A stretch of 33,556 bases of DNA from Macrostomum lignano (lineage: Eukaryota), in contig NIVC01001305.1 of NCBI GenBank assembly GCA_002269645.1, positions 1 to 33,556 on the forward strand, in the 5' to 3' direction. Shown piece after piece: positions 32,052 to 33,556 of this stretch. The notes beneath the pieces are model-generated. The model was not told where the DNA came from. It did not search any database and was given only the letters and a program-made list of their open reading frames with translations. A program made the position numbers and the translations under genes. The first letter of the stretch is position 1; every line of letters begins with the position of its first letter.

Positions 32052-33326
32052 GCCTTGACATCTCAGCAATTACCCGAAAGCCTTGACATCTCAGCAATTC
32101 CCCGAAAGCCTTGACATCTCAGCAATTCCCCGAAAGCCTTGACATCTCAGCAATTCCCCGAAAGCCTTGACATCTCAGCAATTCCCGAAAGCCTTGACAT
32201 CTCAGCAATTCCCCGAAAGCCTTGACATCTCAGCAATTCCCCGAAAGCCTTGACATCTCAGCAATTCTCCGAAAGCCTTGACATCTCAGCAATTCCCCGA
32301 AAGCCTTGACATCTCAGCAATTCCCCGAAAGCCTTGACATCTCAGCAATTCCCCGAAAGCCTTGACATCTCAGCAATTCCCCGAAAGCCTTGACATCTCA
32401 GCAATTCCCCGAAAGCCTTGACATCTCAGCAATTCCCCGAAAGCCTTGACATCTCAGCAATTCCCCGAAAGCCTTGACATCTCAGCAATCCCCCCATAAG
32501 CCTTGACATCTCAGCAATTCCCGAAAGCCTTGACATCTCAGCAATTCCCCGAAAGCCTTGACATCTCAGCAATTCCCGAAAGCCTTGACATCTCAGCAAT
32601 CCCCCCATAAGCCTTGACATCTCAGCAATTCCCCGAAAGCCTTGACATCTCAGCAATTCCCCGAAAGCCTTGACATCTCAGCAATTCCCCGAAAGCCTTG
32701 ACATCTCAGCAATTCCCCGAAAGCCTTGATATCTCAGCAATTCCCCCATAAGCCTTGACATCTCAGCAATTCCCCCATAAGCCTTGATATCTCAGCAATT
32801 CCCCCATAAGCCTTGACATCTCAGCAATTCCGCCATAAGCCTTGACATCTCAGCAATTCCCCCATAAGCCTTGATATCTCAGCAATCCCCCCATAAGCCT
32901 TGATATCTCAGCAATTCCCCCATAAGCCATGACATCTCAGCAATTCTCCCATAAGCCTTGACACCTCAGCAATTCCCCCATAAACCTTGACATCTCAGCA
33001 ATTCCCCCATAAGCCTTGATATCTCAGCAATTCCCCCATAAGCCTTGACATCTCAGCAATTCCCCCATAAGCCTTGAAATCTCAGCAATTCCCCCATAAA
33101 CCTTGACATCTCAGCAATTCCCCCATAAGCCTTGACATCTCAGCAATTCCCCCATAAGCCTTGACATCTCAGCAATTCCCCCATAAGCCTTGATATCTCA
33201 GCAATTCCCCCATAAGCCTTGACATCTCAGCAATTCCCCCATAAGCCTTGACATCTCAGCAATTCCCCCATAAACCTTGACATCTCAGCAATTCCCCCAT
33301 AAGCCTTGACATCTCAGCAATTCCCC
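32052..33326. repeat. 28/29-bp satellite array (GCCTTGACATCTCAGCAATTCCCCGAAA / ...CCCCCATAA), ~45 copies, upstream of the last SCP2 exon (presumed intron)
   Basis: Direct tandem units. The 28-bp variant dominates on the left and the 29-bp variant on the right. Confidence 0.97.
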
Positions 33327-33556
33327 TGTATCGCAGAAGGGTGAGCTCGAACTCAGCTTAATTGACCACTCGCTCAATGTGACTGCCTTGAGGGGAGACG
33401 CAAGAGTACGAGTATTCAGCTGCGTACTAACCATGCACAGTCAACTCTGCAAAACTTGCAGCGCTCAAGAGGGGGTTGTGGTCTTCAAGAGCCGGTGGAC
33501 TATTCATAGCCTACTGCCTACTGGACCTCCTCGAGACTTCACAGCAAACAACAGCC

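Noticed and set aside
25720-33326. CRISPR-like appearance of the regular 23-44 bp arrays
   Set aside because: Units are head-to-tail with no unique spacers, no cas genes are present, and the context is a spliced eukaryotic genome.

Overview
Eukaryotic (animal) genomic DNA with GC3-rich spliced exons and introns inflated by private minisatellites. This architecture resembles the flatworm Macrostomum lignano (inference; no search was run). Seven protein-coding loci are supported: the 3' part of an SLCO/OATP transporter (+), HMBS/porphobilinogen deaminase (-), a membrane-anchored JmjC/cupin protein (-), an 11-beta-HSD-like SDR (+), a small orphan secreted protein (-), an EGF-transmembrane exon (-) and the last exon of SCP2 (-). 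The 13-21 kb interval holds many mobile elements: a MITE with a 4-bp TSD, a truncated piggyBac, two hAT elements with perfect 8-bp TSDs, a MULE MITE with a 9-bp TSD, a fold-back MITE and one of three copies of a tRNA-derived SINE. The most striking observation is that the SINE copy at ~16.6-16.9 kb differs from its two intact siblings mostly by C>T at CpA/CpG and G>A at TpG/CpG, and it sits in a TpA-rich, CpG-poor domain. That is a RIP-like signature not expected in an animal. Other highlights: a minisatellite that amplified a splice acceptor seven times, a satellite next to Helitron-like ends, an 8-Cys EGF-TM protein and an NLS-like insert in HMBS. All coordinates and counts were made by eye.
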